Notes: a model not told the origin generated them from the letters alone. Numbered from the stretch's first letter, positions 21,930 through 33,545 are shown. The stretch: DNA of 64,000 nt from Christensenellales bacterium (GCA_048394785.1 DBFJGL010000111.1:152-64151), one strand, 5' to 3'. Made by a program: numbers and translations.

Positions 21930-21984
21930 AAATGCCTCCGCTGTTATTATACCCACGCACGCTCAAAATGCAACACGCAAACGC

Positions 21985-22013
21985 TTGAATTTTTTTTATT
22001 TAGGTTATATAAT
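21985..22013 (+). promoter_or_regulatory. Candidate fba promoter
   Basis: TTGAAT (21985-21990), a 17-nt spacer, then TATAAT (22008-22013). Confidence 0.55.
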
Positions 22014-22044
22014 GTTCACAACAAAACTAATTTGGAGGAACATT

Positions 22045-22974
22045 ATGCCACTGGTTACCACAACCGAAATGTTCAAAAAGGCTTACGACGGCGGTTACGC
22101 CATCGGAGCGTTCAACGTAAACAATATGGAGATTATCCAAGGCATCGTCGAAGCGGCGACCGAGGAAAAGGCTCCTCTCATTCTGCAAGTTTCCGCAGGC
22201 GCGAGAAAATACGCAAACACCGTCTATCTTCGCAAAATGGTCGAAGCGGCGGTTGAAGTCAGCGGTCTTCCCATTGCGCTTCACCTTGACCACGGCGACA
22301 GCTTCGCCCTCTGCAAGGACTGCATCGAAAACGGCTTTACCTCCGTTATGATTGACGCAAGCGCGCATCCTTTCCAGGAAAACATCAACATCACCAAACA
22401 GGTTGTCGAATACGCGCACGACCACGGCGTTGTGGTTGAAGCCGAACTCGGCAAACTCGCAGGTATAGAAGACGACGTCAAGGTATCCGAAAAAGACGCC
22501 AGCTACACCGACCCCGACCAGGTTCAGGAATTCGTGGAAAAGACGGGCGTCGACTCCCTCGCAATCGCAATCGGCACCTCTCACGGCGCATTCAAGTTCA
22601 AGGGCGAACCCAAACTCCGCTTTGACATTCTCGAAGAAGTCGGCAAAAGACTGCCCTACTTCCCCATCGTTCTGCACGGCGCGTCCAGCGTTCCTCAGGA
22701 ACTCGTTAAAATCGTCAATCAGTACGGCGGCAGTATGCCCGGCGCACAGGGCGTACCCGAAGAAATGCTCCGCAAGGCGGCTGAAATGGCTGTCTGCAAA
22801 ATCAATATCGACAGCGACCTGCGCTTGGCGGTTACAGGTGCAATCAGAGAACACTTCTCCCTGAATCCCTCTCACTTTGACCCCCGTCAATACCTCGGAC
22901 CCGCGAGAGAAGCTGTCAAACAAGTCGTCAAGCACAAGCTTATCGACGTTCTCGGCTGCAACGGAAAAGCGTAA
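22045..22974 (+). CDS. fba: Class II fructose-1,6-bisphosphate aldolase
   Basis: MPLVTTTEMFKKAYDGGYAIGAFNVNN, LHLDHG, IGTSHGAFKF and VLHGASS motifs. The ATG at 22045 follows GGAGGA (22034-22039). Confidence 0.93.
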   Translation: MPLVTTTEMFKKAYDGGYAIGAFNVNNMEIIQGIVEAATEEKAPLILQVSAGARKYANTVYLRKMVEAAVEVSGLPIALHLDHGDSFALCKDCIENGFTSVMIDASAHPFQENINITKQVVEYAHDHGVVVEAELGKLAGIEDDVKVSEKDASYTDPDQVQEFVEKTGVDSLAIAIGTSHGAFKFKGEPKLRFDILEEVGKRLPYFPIVLHGASSVPQELVKIVNQYGGSMPGAQGVPEEMLRKAAEMAVCKINIDSDLRLAVTGAIREHFSLNPSHFDPRQYLGPAREAVKQVVKHKLIDVLGCNGKA

Positions 22975-23002
22975 ACTGAACTTAAATAACAAACTCAACT
23001 TA

Positions 23003-23040
23003 AAACAGCCTGTGATTTCACAGGCTGTTTGCATTTCTTA
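23003..23040 (+). terminator. fba terminator
   Basis: Stem AAACAGCCTGTGA/TCACAGGCTGTTT, followed by T-rich sequence. Confidence 0.75.
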
Positions 23041-23218
23041 TAAGCCGTACCGGCAAGATAATCTCGTCGCTTTCCGACTCTATCTTTTAATTTCTATCGA
23101 AAATATCCAAACTTTTATTTTGCAGTCGACGCTCCCGTTGCGTTCTGACAGAAAAACTCACTTGCAAAATATACGGTATTTTGCCGAAGTCGCTCCGATT
23201 ATATTCGCACTTTCTTAT

Positions 23219-24055
23219 TTATATTTCGTCCTTATCGTTAATCGCCCTGTTATTGCGAGCTCCGTCTCTGCCGATAATTATGTGCACGTCGCCGTTATCG
23301 TCTATATATTCCTTTTTTATAAGGGTTTCTCCCATTTCGTCGGCTTCCTTTTTCATCATTTCAAGCTCGTATTTATTGCGGTCGCCGTACTTTTCCAACG
23401 CTTCTTTTATCTTCTTTTCCTTACGCTTGGAACGTCCGAAAAACAGCATAACCGCTATTGCGACGGCAAGCACCACAAAACCGTAAAGGAAAATATCCAC
23501 GTAATTTTCGGGTATTACCACGGAAAGTCCCGTGAGTATCGCGCCTGCGACTATATTTCCCAAAAATACGGCAAGCGCGGCTTTCCACACCTTAAAATCG
23601 AGAAAACCGCCGAGCGCGGAACCCGTCCAAGCTCCCGTAAGCGGCAGAGGTATAGCCACAAACGTAAATAATCCTATAAATTTTTTCGCGTCGGGAGAAA
23701 GTTTTTGCTTTTTCTTGCCTCTCTCTCCGACGTTCGCTTCCTCCAACTCCTCCAATTTGGCGGCCTCGGCTCTGTCCGCAAGGTTTTCTTCGAGTTTGTT
23801 TCCGAGCTTTCTGAACCACTTTGTCTGCTTCATCTTGCGAAGCATCGGTCTGATTAAAAGAATGATAGGCAAAATCATAACGGTCGAGCCTGCAATGCAA
23901 CAGAACATTCCGGCTATCGCGTTTATGTCCGTCATTCCCGTCATAATGACAATCGCCCCTCTCAACTCTATGATGGGGATAATTGAAATCAGGAACAGCG
24001 TCAGATAGTCGTTGTGCGTGATGGAACTGAAAAACTCAACTATACTTTGCGTCAT
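23219..24055 (-). CDS. Membrane protein of the putative small multidrug export (COG2426-like) family, with a K/E-rich internal insert and a charged C-terminal extension
   Basis: N-terminal motif LISIIPIIELRGAIVIM and four or more hydrophobic segments. I prefer the start at 24055 (MTQSIVEFF) because GGTGAGG lies upstream. Confidence 0.55.
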   Translation of the reverse strand: MTQSIVEFFSSITHNDYLTLFLISIIPIIELRGAIVIMTGMTDINAIAGMFCCIAGSTVMILPIILLIRPMLRKMKQTKWFRKLGNKLEENLADRAEAAKLEELEEANVGERGKKKQKLSPDAKKFIGLFTFVAIPLPLTGAWTGSALGGFLDFKVWKAALAVFLGNIVAGAILTGLSVVIPENYVDIFLYGFVVLAVAIAVMLFFGRSKRKEKKIKEALEKYGDRNKYELEMMKKEADEMGETLIKKEYIDDNGDVHIIIGRDGARNNRAINDKDEI

Positions 24056-24141
24056 TTTAGCCTCACCGCAAGTATAGAATAACACTTGCTTTAAGTCAAG
24101 TTTATGTTTATTATAGGTCTATAATACTTAGGAGATAAAAA

Positions 24142-24882
24142 TTGCAGAAAATTCTGAGCGCAATGCGGCGCGCCGTGCAGGATTATCGAATGATAAACGA
24201 TGGCGACAAGGTTTTCGTAGGTCTGTCGGGCGGAAAGGACAGCGTTCTTTTGACGTGCGCTCTTGCCGATTTCAGACGGTTTTCTCCCAATAAGTTTACG
24301 CTTGAAGCAATTCACGTCGATATGGGGCTCAAAGACGTCGACAAGACGGAAACGGAAGCGATGCAACGCCTATGCGAACAAAAAGACGTCCCCCTCAACA
24401 TAGTCAAAACGGATATAGCGGAAATCATATTCGACGTCCGTAAGGAAAGCAATCCCTGCTCTTTATGCGCAAAACTGCGCCGCGGAGCATTGAACTCGGA
24501 AATCAACCGCCTCGGAGGAGGAGTGCTCGCCCTTGGACACAATGCCGACGACGTAGCGGAAACTATGCTGCTCTCGCTTTTATATGAGGGACGCTTTTCG
24601 TGTTTTCAACCCACATCGTATATGAGCAATTCGCAAATTACCCTTATACGCCCTTTCATCTATATAGAAGAATACGACATAATTTCCGCAGTAAACAGAC
24701 TGCAATTGCCCATACTACACAATCCGTGTCCTATGAACCACGTAAGCAAGCGCGAATATGCGAAAGACCTGATAAAACACATCTGCAAAGACGTTCCGTT
24801 TGCAAAACAGCGCATTCTCGGCGCAATTTATAATCCGGAACGCAATAATCTTTGGCAAAAACCCGAAAACTCCGAGTTTTAA
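24142..24882 (+). CDS. PP-loop ATPase of the TtcA (tRNA 2-thiocytidine) family
   Basis: SGGKDS PP-loop, Cys motifs NPCSLCAKLRRG and HNPCP. It has a TTG start at 24142, 7 nt after AGGAGA. Confidence 0.75.
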   Translation: MQKILSAMRRAVQDYRMINDGDKVFVGLSGGKDSVLLTCALADFRRFSPNKFTLEAIHVDMGLKDVDKTETEAMQRLCEQKDVPLNIVKTDIAEIIFDVRKESNPCSLCAKLRRGALNSEINRLGGGVLALGHNADDVAETMLLSLLYEGRFSCFQPTSYMSNSQITLIRPFIYIEEYDIISAVNRLQLPILHNPCPMNHVSKREYAKDLIKHICKDVPFAKQRILGAIYNPERNNLWQKPENSEF

Positions 24883-25151
24883 TAGACTTTCCGATTTCCC
24901 GTTAACTATTTGCATAACTCGCAAACCCAATTGCAACTTAGAGTTGTATAAAAATTCTAACAGCAACCATTTGGCAATTCAGAACACATTTCGTATATCA
25001 ATCGACAATACTGCATAGAAAACAAGGGTTATATTAACACTTATCGTGTTTTATGCAAGGGCGCGTTATGAACCGCCGCGAATAATACTCGGATATTTAC
25101 TCCGTGCGCAGCAATCATTTTGAGTATTTTGTTTTATATTAGATGCGGCGG

Positions 25152-25190
25152 CAAAACAAAAAGCGGTCGCAAAGACCGCTTTTGAGGTTT
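25152..25190. terminator. Bidirectional terminator (rplL on the minus strand, TtcA-like gene on the plus strand)
   Basis: Stem AAAAGCGGTC/GACCGCTTTT with loop GCAAA and T-rich runs on both strands. Confidence 0.75.
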
Positions 25191-25206
25191 TGTAATTTCA
25201 GAACGA

Positions 25207-25581
25207 TTACTTGAGTTCCGCAGTTGCGCCGACTTCCTTGAACTTTGCAACAAGTGCTTCCGCCGCTTCTTTGGGCATAGCTTCTTTGACAGTCTTGGGT
25301 GCGCCGTCAACAACGCCCTTTGCCTCGACAAGACCGAGTCCGGTTGCGTCTTTAACAACTTTGATAACCTGAACCTTGTTGGGACCGACTTCTTTGAGCA
25401 CTACGTCAAACTCAGTCTTTTCCTCAACGGGTGCCGCCGCTTCCGCCGCGCCTGCGCCTGCCACCGCTACGGGTGCTGCCGCGCTTACTCCGAACTCCTC
25501 TTCCAACGCTTTAACAAACTGGGAAAGCTCGAGAACGGTCATACTTTTGATTTCTTCCATAAGTTTTTGAAGGTCTGCCAT
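25207..25581 (-). CDS. rplL: 50S ribosomal protein L7/L12
   Basis: 124 aa: [37 protein letters not shown]...[17 protein letters not shown]. Confidence 0.97.
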   Translation of the reverse strand: MADLQKLMEEIKSMTVLELSQFVKALEEEFGVSAAAPVAVAGAGAAEAAAPVEEKTEFDVVLKEVGPNKVQVIKVVKDATGLGLVEAKGVVDGAPKTVKEAMPKEAAEALVAKFKEVGATAELK

Positions 25582-25678
25582 TTTTATATTCTCCGTTAAT
25601 ATTTATTTTTTTGGAGCTTCTGCTCCTTGCGGTTCTGCCGCCGACGGGTATAACCCGAAAAATCCGATGTGTGCGCTT

Positions 25679-26182
25679 TTACGCCTGTTGCTCTTTTTGC
25701 TCTGCAATCATATTCAAGCAGATAGCAAGCTTGCTGATGGGAGCCTGCATACTGCCAAGCATTTTCGCGAGCAGTATTTCTTTGGACGGGATAGCCGCAA
25801 TTTGCTTTACGCCGGCTTCATCAAGGAATTCGCCTTCGACCATACCGCACTTGCAAGTCATCTTATTAAGCTTTTTGATTGTTCCGACAATAACCTTTGC
25901 GGGCGCGACTGCGTCGGAGTCGGAGAACGCCACTGCCGTGGGACCGTTCAGAGCCTCGTCGAACTGAGTGAAACCCAATTCGTTGAACGCACGCTTCACA
26001 AGACGGTTTTTAAGGACGGAATAATCGACGCCGTTGGTTCTGAGTTCCTTACGGAAAGCGGTGTCCTCCGCGACGTTGAGTCCCATATAGTCAATAAGCA
26101 CGATGGACTTTGCTGCGGAAATCTTAGCCTTTATTTCTTCGACCTGCTGTTGTTTCAGTTCAAGAATGTCTTTGGATGCCAT
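25679..26182 (-). CDS. rplJ: 50S ribosomal protein L10
   Basis: MASKDILELKQQQVEEIKAKI...; the ATG at 26182 follows GAGGAGG. The ORF track's longer form (26236) runs into the leader. Confidence 0.93.
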   Translation of the reverse strand: MASKDILELKQQQVEEIKAKISAAKSIVLIDYMGLNVAEDTAFRKELRTNGVDYSVLKNRLVKRAFNELGFTQFDEALNGPTAVAFSDSDAVAPAKVIVGTIKKLNKMTCKCGMVEGEFLDEAGVKQIAAIPSKEILLAKMLGSMQAPISKLAICLNMIAEQKEQQA

Positions 26183-26329
26183 ATTACCTCCTCTTTTATT
26201 TGCGTTGCCGCATAAATAAAAATCGCCGTTCCGCAACGAAACGACGAATAACAGACGTAATGACTGACTTCGTCCTCGGCAAGCACTTGCGTTTACGGAA
26301 ATTCCACTTGCTGTCTACGGAACATACAA
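26183..26329 (-). promoter_or_regulatory. rplJ 5' leader, a candidate L10(L12)4 autoregulatory leader
   Basis: About 145 nt of untranslated sequence lie between the promoter and rplJ, with several possible stems. The position matches the Firmicute L10 leader. I could not verify the covariance-model consensus by eye. Confidence 0.4.
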
Positions 26330-26358
26330 ATTATATATAATATGCAGTATTTAGTCAA
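26330..26358 (-). promoter_or_regulatory. Candidate rplJL promoter
   Basis: The minus strand reads TTGACT (26358-26353), a 17-nt spacer, then TATAAT (26335-26330). Confidence 0.6.
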
Positions 26359-26444
26359 GCGTTTTCTCGTGTTTTGCGTAAATTTGCGGCACATTGCAAT
26401 AAACGCGTCTTTGCCGACGCAAGATGTATTTATCTAACGCTTCT

Positions 26445-26478
26445 AAAAGCAAAAACGGCGTTCAATGAACGCCGTTTT
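26445..26478 (-). terminator. Terminator or attenuator downstream of rplA
   Basis: Stem ACGGCGTTC/GAACGCCGT with a 3-nt loop. On the minus strand it is followed by TTTTTGCTTTT. Confidence 0.7.
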
Positions 26479-26499
26479 ATGAGTGTTAAGGTTGCGTTA

Positions 26500-27189
26500 T
26501 TACGCCATTCTGTACATAACTCTGATGGAGGGACCCATCGTGGAGGTGATATACACAGACTTCAAATATACGCCCTTTGCCGCCGCGGGCTTAGCCTTGA
26601 TGAGGGCTTCCATAAGGGTATTGAAGTTTTCGAGCAGTTTCTCCTCGCCGAAAGACTTTTTGCCGAAGGGAACGTGAACTATGTTCTGTTTGTCAACTCT
26701 GTACTCAACTTTACCTGCTTTGATGTCGTTGATTGCGCGAGTAATGTCCATCGTGACGGTGCCGGATTTGGGGTTAGGCATCAAGCCCTTGGGTCCGAGG
26801 ATTTTACCCATACGACCGACAAGACCCATCATATCGGGAGTGGTGACGATTACGTCGTAATCAAACCAATTCTCCTTCTGGATTTTCTCAATCATATCCT
26901 CTGCGCCCACGAAATCCGCGCCTGCCGCTCTTGCTTCGTCCGCCTTGTCGCCCTTGGCGATTGCGAGGACTCTTACGGTTTTACCCGTACCGTTGGGCAG
27001 AACGACAACTCCTCTGACCTGTTGGTCCGCGTGACGGGAGTCAACGCCGAGCTTGACGTGAAGCTCTATTGTTTCGTCGAACTTTGACTTCGCAGTCTGA
27101 ATTGCGAGAGCCATAGCCTCGTTGCTTTCATAAAGTTTTGCGTTGTCGATAAGTTTCTTAGAATCGATATAATTTTTTCCGCGTTTCAT
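26500..27189 (-). CDS. rplA: 50S ribosomal protein L1
   Basis: 229 aa: [15 protein letters not shown]...[14 protein letters not shown]...LPNGTGK. Confidence 0.97.
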   Translation of the reverse strand: MKRGKNYIDSKKLIDNAKLYESNEAMALAIQTAKSKFDETIELHVKLGVDSRHADQQVRGVVVLPNGTGKTVRVLAIAKGDKADEARAAGADFVGAEDMIEKIQKENWFDYDVIVTTPDMMGLVGRMGKILGPKGLMPNPKSGTVTMDITRAINDIKAGKVEYRVDKQNIVHVPFGKKSFGEEKLLENFNTLMEALIKAKPAAAKGVYLKSVYITSTMGPSIRVMYRMA

Positions 27190-27198
27190 ACTACCCTC

Positions 27199-27624
27199 CT
27201 ATTCCTCGACAACAATACCCATACTACGGGCGGTGCCGGCTATCATGCTCATTGCCGTATCGATGTTTGCGGCGTTGAGGTCGGGCATTTTAAGCTCCGC
27301 AATTTCCTTGACCTGTGCCTTGGTTATGGTTGCCACTTTGTCGCGATTGGGACGAGCGGACGCGCTTTCCAAACCGCAGGCTTTTTTGATAAGCACGGGC
27401 GCGGGCGGGGTTTTAAGAATAAAGGTAAAGGAACGGTCCTGATATATCGTGATGACTACGGGAATGATAAGGCCTGCCTGTTTTGCGGTCTTTTCATTGA
27501 ATTCCTTTGTGAAACCGGGAATATTGATGCCGTGAGGACCGAGCGAGGAACCTACGGGAGGTCCGGGAGTCGCTTTGCCTGCCGGCAGCTGCAATTTGAC
27601 GATTGCTGTGATTTTCTTAGCCAT
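27199..27624 (-). CDS. rplK: 50S ribosomal protein L11
   Basis: 141 aa: [35 protein letters not shown]. Confidence 0.97.
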   Translation of the reverse strand: MAKKITAIVKLQLPAGKATPGPPVGSSLGPHGINIPGFTKEFNEKTAKQAGLIIPVVITIYQDRSFTFILKTPPAPVLIKKACGLESASARPNRDKVATITKAQVKEIAELKMPDLNAANIDTAMSMIAGTARSMGIVVEE

Positions 27625-27693
27625 AAATCCTCCTGACTAACGTGGTTTTTGCGAAGGCGGAATTGGATTTGCCTCCTCCCACTTGACGTTATC

Positions 27694-28221
27694 CTACAAT
27701 TTTTCGACTTGCGAAAAATCCAACTCGACCGGCGTCTGACGTCCGAACATAGCCACGATAACTTTGACTTTCTGACGCTCCGCACTTATGGAGTCCACTA
27801 CGCCGATAAAGTTTTCCAACGCACCGCTGATAACTCTGACGTTATCGCCGATTTTGATGTCGAAGTCGGCGAGGTCGATGATTTCGAGCCCCATACGTTT
27901 GACCTCGTCTTCTCTCAAAGGGAGAGGTCTTCCGGCAGGACCGACAAAACCCGTTACGCCGCGGGTGTTGGTCACCATAAACCATATATGGTTGGTGTAA
28001 ATCATTTTTATGAAAACATAGCTCGGGAACTTCTTGCGCTGAACGACTTTCTTTTTGCCGTTCTTCTCCACGATGTCGTCCTCGACGGGGACCTTGACCT
28101 CGAAGATATAATCCTGCAAGCTGTTGTTTTCAATCATATTGTGGAGGTTGTTTTCCACCATAGCCTCATAGCCTGAGTAGGTGTGAATAACATACCACTG
28201 AGCTTGTTCTTTATTTTCCAT
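27694..28221 (-). CDS. nusG: Transcription termination/antitermination factor NusG
   Basis: 175 aa: QWYVIHTYSGYE (NGN domain) and a KOW region (GDNVRVISGALENFIGVV). Confidence 0.95.
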   Translation of the reverse strand: MENKEQAQWYVIHTYSGYEAMVENNLHNMIENNSLQDYIFEVKVPVEDDIVEKNGKKKVVQRKKFPSYVFIKMIYTNHIWFMVTNTRGVTGFVGPAGRPLPLREDEVKRMGLEIIDLADFDIKIGDNVRVISGALENFIGVVDSISAERQKVKVIVAMFGRQTPVELDFSQVEKL

Positions 28222-28231
28222 ACCGCTCCTA

Positions 28232-28636
28232 CTATTGGCCTATGAAAACGAATGCCCACTCACCATTCACGATTAGACTGAGTAATCCTGAAAGGACGTA
28301 ATCGATGCCGAACAAAACGACGAAGAACGCGACGACCACGACCAGAACGACCGCCGTGGATTTAACCACGTTTTTACCTGTCGGCCACGTCACTTTTTTC
28401 AACTCCGAGAAAATGCCTTTCAAGCCCTTCCACATTCTCTTGAAAATGTTGGGTTTATCGGGATTTTTCTTGGGCTTCTTGTTCTTTTTAGGCTCTGCCT
28501 TTTTGGAATCAACGGCAACCGCAGCCTTTTCGGGCTTAGCTTCCGCAACAACGGCAACTTCCGTTGTTTCATCCTTTTCCGGTAACGCCGCGGCGGTATC
28601 AGCCGCACCGTTGTTTTTAGGCATCTTTTTAGCCAT
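28232..28636 (-). CDS. secE: Preprotein translocase subunit SecE with a long K/A/E-rich N-terminal extension
   Basis: The C-terminal segment FSELKKVTWPTGKNVVKSTAVVLVVVVAFFVVLFGIDY is the conserved SecE TM helix. The gene sits between rpmG and nusG. Confidence 0.85.
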   Translation of the reverse strand: MAKKMPKNNGAADTAAALPEKDETTEVAVVAEAKPEKAAVAVDSKKAEPKKNKKPKKNPDKPNIFKRMWKGLKGIFSELKKVTWPTGKNVVKSTAVVLVVVVAFFVVLFGIDYVLSGLLSLIVNGEWAFVFIGQ

Positions 28637-28651
28637 ATAGCCTCCTACGCC

Positions 28652-28816
28652 TTACTTGGTTTCTCTGTGCAAGGTGTGTTTTTTGCAGAATTTGCAATAC
28701 TTTTGAAGCTCCAATCTGTCGGGGTGCTTCTGCTTATTTTTTTTGAGGTCGTAATTGCGTTGCTTGCACTCGGTGCACGCGAGCGTAATTCTGACTCTCG
28801 CTCCTTTCTGAGCCAT
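28652..28816 (-). CDS. rpmG: 50S ribosomal protein L33 (54 aa, below the ORF-track cutoff)
   Basis: Hand translation of the minus strand gives [54 protein letters not shown] with stop TAA (28654-28652). It has the CxxC...CxxC zinc-ribbon L33 signature, and GGAGG lies upstream. Confidence 0.9.
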   Translation of the reverse strand: MAQKGARVRITLACTECKQRNYDLKKNKQKHPDRLELQKYCKFCKKHTLHRETK

Positions 28817-28904
28817 AAAATGTGCCTCCTTATGCCGTTCCGCTCATAGGCATACCCTGCACGGCGTATCCGCCGCGCAGAGTAACGCTATTTGAAAGAA
28901 CGAA

Positions 28905-30110
28905 CTATTCGATTATCTTAGCTACGACGCCCGAACCGACGGTTCTGCCACCTTCACGGATAGCAAAGCGGAGTCCTTCCTCGATTGCAATCGGAGTGAT
29001 AAGGGTGATTTCCATATCGATGTGGTCGCCGGGCATAACCATTTCAACGCCCTCGGGCAGTTTGATGGTTCCGGTAACGTCGGTTGTTCTGAAATAGAAC
29101 TGGGGACGATATCCGTCGAAGAAGGGAGTGTGACGGCCGCCCTCGTCCTTGGTCAGAACGTAAACCTGGCTGGTGAAGTGGGTGTGAGGATGAATGGAGC
29201 CGGGCTTGGCAAGAACCTGACCGCGCTCGATTTCGTCTCTCTGAACGCCGCGGAGCAATGCGCCGATATTGTCGCCGCCCTCTGCGAAGTCAAGCAGCTT
29301 GCGGAACATTTCGATACCGGTAACGGTTGTTTCTCTCTTTTCTTCGGAAAGACCGACGATTTCAACCTTGTCGCCGAGCTTCAAAATGCCTCTTTCCACT
29401 CTGCCGGTAGCAACGGTGCCGCGTCCGGTGATGGTGAAGACGTCTTCAACAGGCATCAAGAAAGGCTTGTCGGTGTCGCGCTCGGGATCGGGGATATAGC
29501 TGTCAACCGCGTCCAAAAGAGCCTGAATGGGAGCGAGTGCGGGGCTGTCCCAATTGCCTGCAAGGCCGGATTCCATAGCTTTGAGAGCCGAACCGCGAAT
29601 GATGGGGGTGTCGTCTCCGGGGAAGCCGTACTCGTTAAGCAGTTCGCGGACTTCCATTTCGACGAGCTCGAGAAGCTCTTCGTCGTCGACCTGGTCGCAC
29701 TTGTTAAGGAATACGATGATGTAGGGAACGCCAACCTGTCTTGCGAGCAGGATGTGCTCACGAGTCTGGGGCATAGGACCGTCGGATGCCGCAACAACGA
29801 GGATTGCGCCGTCCATCTGCGCCGCACCGGTAATCATGTTCTTGACATAGTCCGCGTGTCCGGGGCAGTCGACGTGAGCATAGTGACGCTTGTCGGTCTC
29901 GTACTCAACGTGCGCGGTGTTAATCGTGATTCCTCTGGCTTTCTCTTCGGGAGCCTTGTCGATTTCGTCATATTTCATGACTTGCGCCTTACCTTTGGAC
30001 GCGCTGTACATAGTGATAGCGGCGGTAAGGGTGGTTTTGCCGTGGTCAACGTGGCCGATAGTACCGATGTTGACGTGGGGTTTAGTTCTTTCAAACTTAG
30101 CTTTTGCCAT
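28905..30110 (-). CDS. tuf: Elongation factor Tu
   Basis: 401 aa: [22 protein letters not shown] motifs. Confidence 0.98.
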   Translation of the reverse strand: MAKAKFERTKPHVNIGTIGHVDHGKTTLTAAITMYSASKGKAQVMKYDEIDKAPEEKARGITINTAHVEYETDKRHYAHVDCPGHADYVKNMITGAAQMDGAILVVAASDGPMPQTREHILLARQVGVPYIIVFLNKCDQVDDEELLELVEMEVRELLNEYGFPGDDTPIIRGSALKAMESGLAGNWDSPALAPIQALLDAVDSYIPDPERDTDKPFLMPVEDVFTITGRGTVATGRVERGILKLGDKVEIVGLSEEKRETTVTGIEMFRKLLDFAEGGDNIGALLRGVQRDEIERGQVLAKPGSIHPHTHFTSQVYVLTKDEGGRHTPFFDGYRPQFYFRTTDVTGTIKLPEGVEMVMPGDHIDMEITLITPIAIEEGLRFAIREGGRTVGSGVVAKIIE

Positions 30111-30198
30111 TTTTTTTCCTCCAAATTATTTTTGGTTTTATTTTTGTTTTTGCATTCTATATAAGGATAATAAATATATCTATATATAAATATAATTA

Positions 30199-32283
30199 TT
30201 ATCTCTTAGAATCTTTGCCGGACACCTTGTCCGCAATGCTCTTGGGCACGACCGCATAGTGGTCGAACAACATTGTGAACGTCGCTCTGCCCTGCGTTAT
30301 GCTTCTCAAAGACGTGGCGTAACCGAACATTTCGGAAAGCGGCACGTCGCAATCCACTACCTGCAAACCGTTTACGGGAGCTATGCCCTTAACGGCGCCG
30401 CGTCGTGAATTGAGGTTGCTCATTACGTCGCCGAGATACTCATCGGGAGTTTTGATTTCAACCTTCATTATCGGTTCCAGAAGCGTGGGATTGGCTTTTT
30501 CCGCCGCCGCCTTAAACGCCATAGAACCCGCAATCTTGAACGCCATTTCGGAGCTGTCGACCTCGTGCGTGCTGCCGTCCACTACTCTGACCTTGAAGTC
30601 GACCATTTCGTATCCCGCCATTACGCCGCCCTTTGCAGCTTCCTTGATACCTTCGGAAATCGCGTTTGCGTATTCCTTGGGGATAATGCCGCCCACGGTA
30701 TCGTTTGAAAACTCATAGCCGCCTTCGGGATTGGGCTCCATTTCGATGACGCAGTGACCGTACTGACCGTGACCGCCCGTCTGTCTGACGAATTTACCCT
30801 CTGCCTTCGAGCTCTTGGTGATGGTTTCGCGATAGCTGACCTGCGGTCTGCCCACGTTTGCCTCGACCTTATATTCTCTGAACATTCTGTCCACGATAAT
30901 ATCGAGGTGAAGCTCGCCCATACCTGCTATGATAATCTGTCCCGTTTCCTTATCGGTATAAGCCTTAAAGGTGGGGTCTTCTTCCTGCAATTTTACGATT
31001 GCAGTGTTCATTCTCTCCTGGCTCGCCTTGGATTTCGGCTCGATTGCCACCTTGATGACAGGCTCGGGGAAAACCATATTTTCCAGAACAATCTGATGAC
31101 CTTTGTCGGAGAGCGTGTCGCCCGTCGTGCTCTTTTTAAGTCCGACAATCGCGACTATATCTCCCGCATACGCTTCTTCGAGGTCTTCTCTCGCGTCGGC
31201 GTTCATTCTGAGTATTCTGCCTATTCTTTCGTTTTCGCCCTTTACGGTGTTGTACACCATAGTGCCCGTGCTGACCTTACCCGAATAAATTCTGATAAAG
31301 GAGAGCTTTCCCACAAACTCGTCCGCGAGTATCTTGAACACTATCGCGGAGAAGGGTTCGTCGTCGCTGGGGTGTCTTGCCTCCTCTTTTTCCGTCCTCG
31401 GATTGATGCCCGTAATACTTGCAACGTCCGTGGGGCTCGGGAGATAATCGACAACCGCGTCAAGCATAAGCTGTACGCCCTTGTTGCGGTAAGAACTTCC
31501 GCAAAGCACAGGCGTCATCTTCATTTCCACCGTACCCTTGCGAATTGCCTTTTTGAGTTGTTCGACGGTGACCGACGCCGCATCGTCCATAATGCACTTT
31601 TCAAAGATGTCGTCGTCGAAATCCGCCGCCGCTTCGAGCAATCTCACTCTTGCCGCGTCCGCTTTTGCCTTATACGCTTCGGGTATTTCCTTCTCGTACA
31701 CCGTAACGCCCTTGTCCGCCTCGTCGTAATAGAGAGCTTTCATATTGACAAGGTCGATGACGCCCTCGAAATCGGACTCGCTGCCTATTGGCATTGCCAC
31801 GGGAACGGCGTTCGTCTTCAACCTGTCTTCCATCATAGCGATGACGTTGTCGAAGTTTGCGCCGTTGATGTCCATCTTGTTGACGAACGCAATGCGGGGG
31901 ACTCTGTACGTGTCCGCCTGACGCCACACGTTTTCGGACTGAGGCTCAACGCCGCCCTTTGCGCAGAAAACCGCCACGGCTCCGTCGAGAACTCTGAGAC
32001 TGCGTTCGACTTCCACAGTGAAATCAACGTGTCCGGGAGTATCGATGATATTGATTTGGTATCCCTTCCACACCGCGGTAGTCGCCGCAGACGTTATGGT
32101 GATACCTCTCTCGCGCTCTTGCTCCATATAATCCATGGTGGCTGCGCCGTCATGGGTTTCGCCGAGCTTTCTGTTTACGCCCGTATAGAAAAGTATACGC
32201 TCGGAGGTGGTGGTCTTACCGGCGTCGATGTGTGCCATTATACCGATATTCCTCACCTTATCAAGAGCAAAACTGCGCTTCAT
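30199..32283 (-). CDS. fusA: Elongation factor G
   Basis: [21 protein letters not shown] motifs. I prefer the start at 32283 (MKRSFALDK) because AGGTGG lies about 8 nt upstream. The longest ORF starts at 32295 and would overlap rpsG. Confidence 0.96.
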   Translation of the reverse strand: MKRSFALDKVRNIGIMAHIDAGKTTTSERILFYTGVNRKLGETHDGAATMDYMEQERERGITITSAATTAVWKGYQINIIDTPGHVDFTVEVERSLRVLDGAVAVFCAKGGVEPQSENVWRQADTYRVPRIAFVNKMDINGANFDNVIAMMEDRLKTNAVPVAMPIGSESDFEGVIDLVNMKALYYDEADKGVTVYEKEIPEAYKAKADAARVRLLEAAADFDDDIFEKCIMDDAASVTVEQLKKAIRKGTVEMKMTPVLCGSSYRNKGVQLMLDAVVDYLPSPTDVASITGINPRTEKEEARHPSDDEPFSAIVFKILADEFVGKLSFIRIYSGKVSTGTMVYNTVKGENERIGRILRMNADAREDLEEAYAGDIVAIVGLKKSTTGDTLSDKGHQIVLENMVFPEPVIKVAIEPKSKASQERMNTAIVKLQEEDPTFKAYTDKETGQIIIAGMGELHLDIIVDRMFREYKVEANVGRPQVSYRETITKSSKAEGKFVRQTGGHGQYGHCVIEMEPNPEGGYEFSNDTVGGIIPKEYANAISEGIKEAAKGGVMAGYEMVDFKVRVVDGSTHEVDSSEMAFKIAGSMAFKAAAEKANPTLLEPIMKVEIKTPDEYLGDVMSNLNSRRGAVKGIAPVNGLQVVDCDVPLSEMFGYATSLRSITQGRATFTMLFDHYAVVPKSIADKVSGKDSKR

Positions 32284-32288
32284 AAAAC

Positions 32289-32759
32289 CTACCACCTGTA
32301 ATGTGCAAACGCTTTGTTTGCTTCCGCCATACGGTGCATTTCGTCCTTCTTCTTGACTGCGCCGCCTGCGTTGTTGTATGCGTCCATAATCTCGCCCGCA
32401 AGTCTTTCCTTCATCGTCTTTTCGCCGCGCTTTTTAGCAAAAAGCACAATCCAGCGAATGCCGAGAGTCTGTCTTCTTTCGGGACGGATTTCCATAGGAA
32501 CCTGATATGTGGAGCCGCCTACGCGTCTTGCTTTTACTTCAAGCACGGGCATAATGTTCTCCAACGCCTTGGTGAAGATGTCCATTGCATCTCCGCCAAG
32601 CTTTGTTGCTGCTATATTGAAAGCCTCATAGACGATGGTCTGCGCGGTGCCCTTCTTTCCGTCAAGCATAATCTGGTTGACCAACTTGGTGACAACCTTG
32701 CTTCCGTAGATAGGGTCGGGCAATACGTCTCTTTTAGGCACGCCGCTTCTTCTTGGCAT
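32289..32759 (-). CDS. rpsG: 30S ribosomal protein S7
   Basis: 156 aa: [36 protein letters not shown]. Confidence 0.97.
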   Translation of the reverse strand: MPRRSGVPKRDVLPDPIYGSKVVTKLVNQIMLDGKKGTAQTIVYEAFNIAATKLGGDAMDIFTKALENIMPVLEVKARRVGGSTYQVPMEIRPERRQTLGIRWIVLFAKKRGEKTMKERLAGEIMDAYNNAGGAVKKKDEMHRMAEANKAFAHYRW

Positions 32760-32798
32760 CTTATTCCTCCGATTAAATGATTACATTCGAAAATTTTG

Positions 32799-33170
32799 TT
32801 ATTTGGGGCGTTTTGCGCCGTACTTGCTTCTCGCCTGCTTGCGCTTCGCAACGCCGGCGGTATCCAACGCGCCGCGTACAATGTGATAACGCACGCCGGG
32901 CAAATCCTTGACTCTGCCGCCTCTGATAAGCACTACGCTGTGCTCTTGCAGATTGTGACCGATGCCGGGGATATAGACGGTTCCTTCCATTCCGTTTACA
33001 AGACGTACTCTTGCGATTTTACGGAGAGCCGAGTTCGGCTTCTTCGGAGAGGTAGTCGTGACGCTGAGGCAGATGCCGCGTTTTTGAGGGCATTGCTCCA
33101 TAATAGGCGTCTGGGACTTCTGAACCTGTCTTTCTCTGCCCTTTCTGATAAGCTGATTGATGGTTGGCAT
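32799..33170 (-). CDS. rpsL: 30S ribosomal protein S12
   Basis: [13 protein letters not shown]...[10 protein letters not shown]. Start at 33170 (M14 of the longest ORF). Confidence 0.97.
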   Translation of the reverse strand: MPTINQLIRKGRERQVQKSQTPIMEQCPQKRGICLSVTTTSPKKPNSALRKIARVRLVNGMEGTVYIPGIGHNLQEHSVVLIRGGRVKDLPGVRYHIVRGALDTAGVAKRKQARSKYGAKRPK

Positions 33171-33224
33171 TATGGTTCCTCCTATTAGATTTTTCGAATG
33201 TACCCGCAACCCTACAGGTGCAAT

Positions 33225-33500
33225 TCAATGTATTTCCTCCTCGGAAACTATACCTACCGCCGCCGCGCGCACCTCTATGCCGGAACGGTATCCCAGCCAC
33301 GCCATCGACGGCGCGACAAGAACCTCAGCTCCTTTCTTACGAGCATGCGCGGCGATTTTGGCAATCATCTCCGCGTCGGCGTCCGAAGCCACAACCACAC
33401 ACCTGATTGTCCCCTCGGACAAACCCCTCAAAACCTGTCTTGTACCGACAACTTTATCGGGATTGTTAAGCAACTTGATAAGCTTACTGTCTTCGTTCAT
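33225..33500 (-). CDS. L7Ae/L30e-family ribosome-associated (K-turn binding) protein, YbxF/RplGB-like
   Basis: 91 aa: VVGTRQVLRGL...VVASDAD...WLGYRSGIEVRAAAVGIV resembles B. subtilis YbxF. The position immediately upstream of rpsL is conserved in Bacillota. Confidence 0.8.
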   Translation of the reverse strand: MNEDSKLIKLLNNPDKVVGTRQVLRGLSEGTIRCVVVASDADAEMIAKIAAHARKKGAEVLVAPSMAWLGYRSGIEVRAAAVGIVSEEEIH

Positions 33501-33545
33501 TTTTTTATAAGCTAAAAATTGCCTACGGTTTCCGCAAGCCCTATA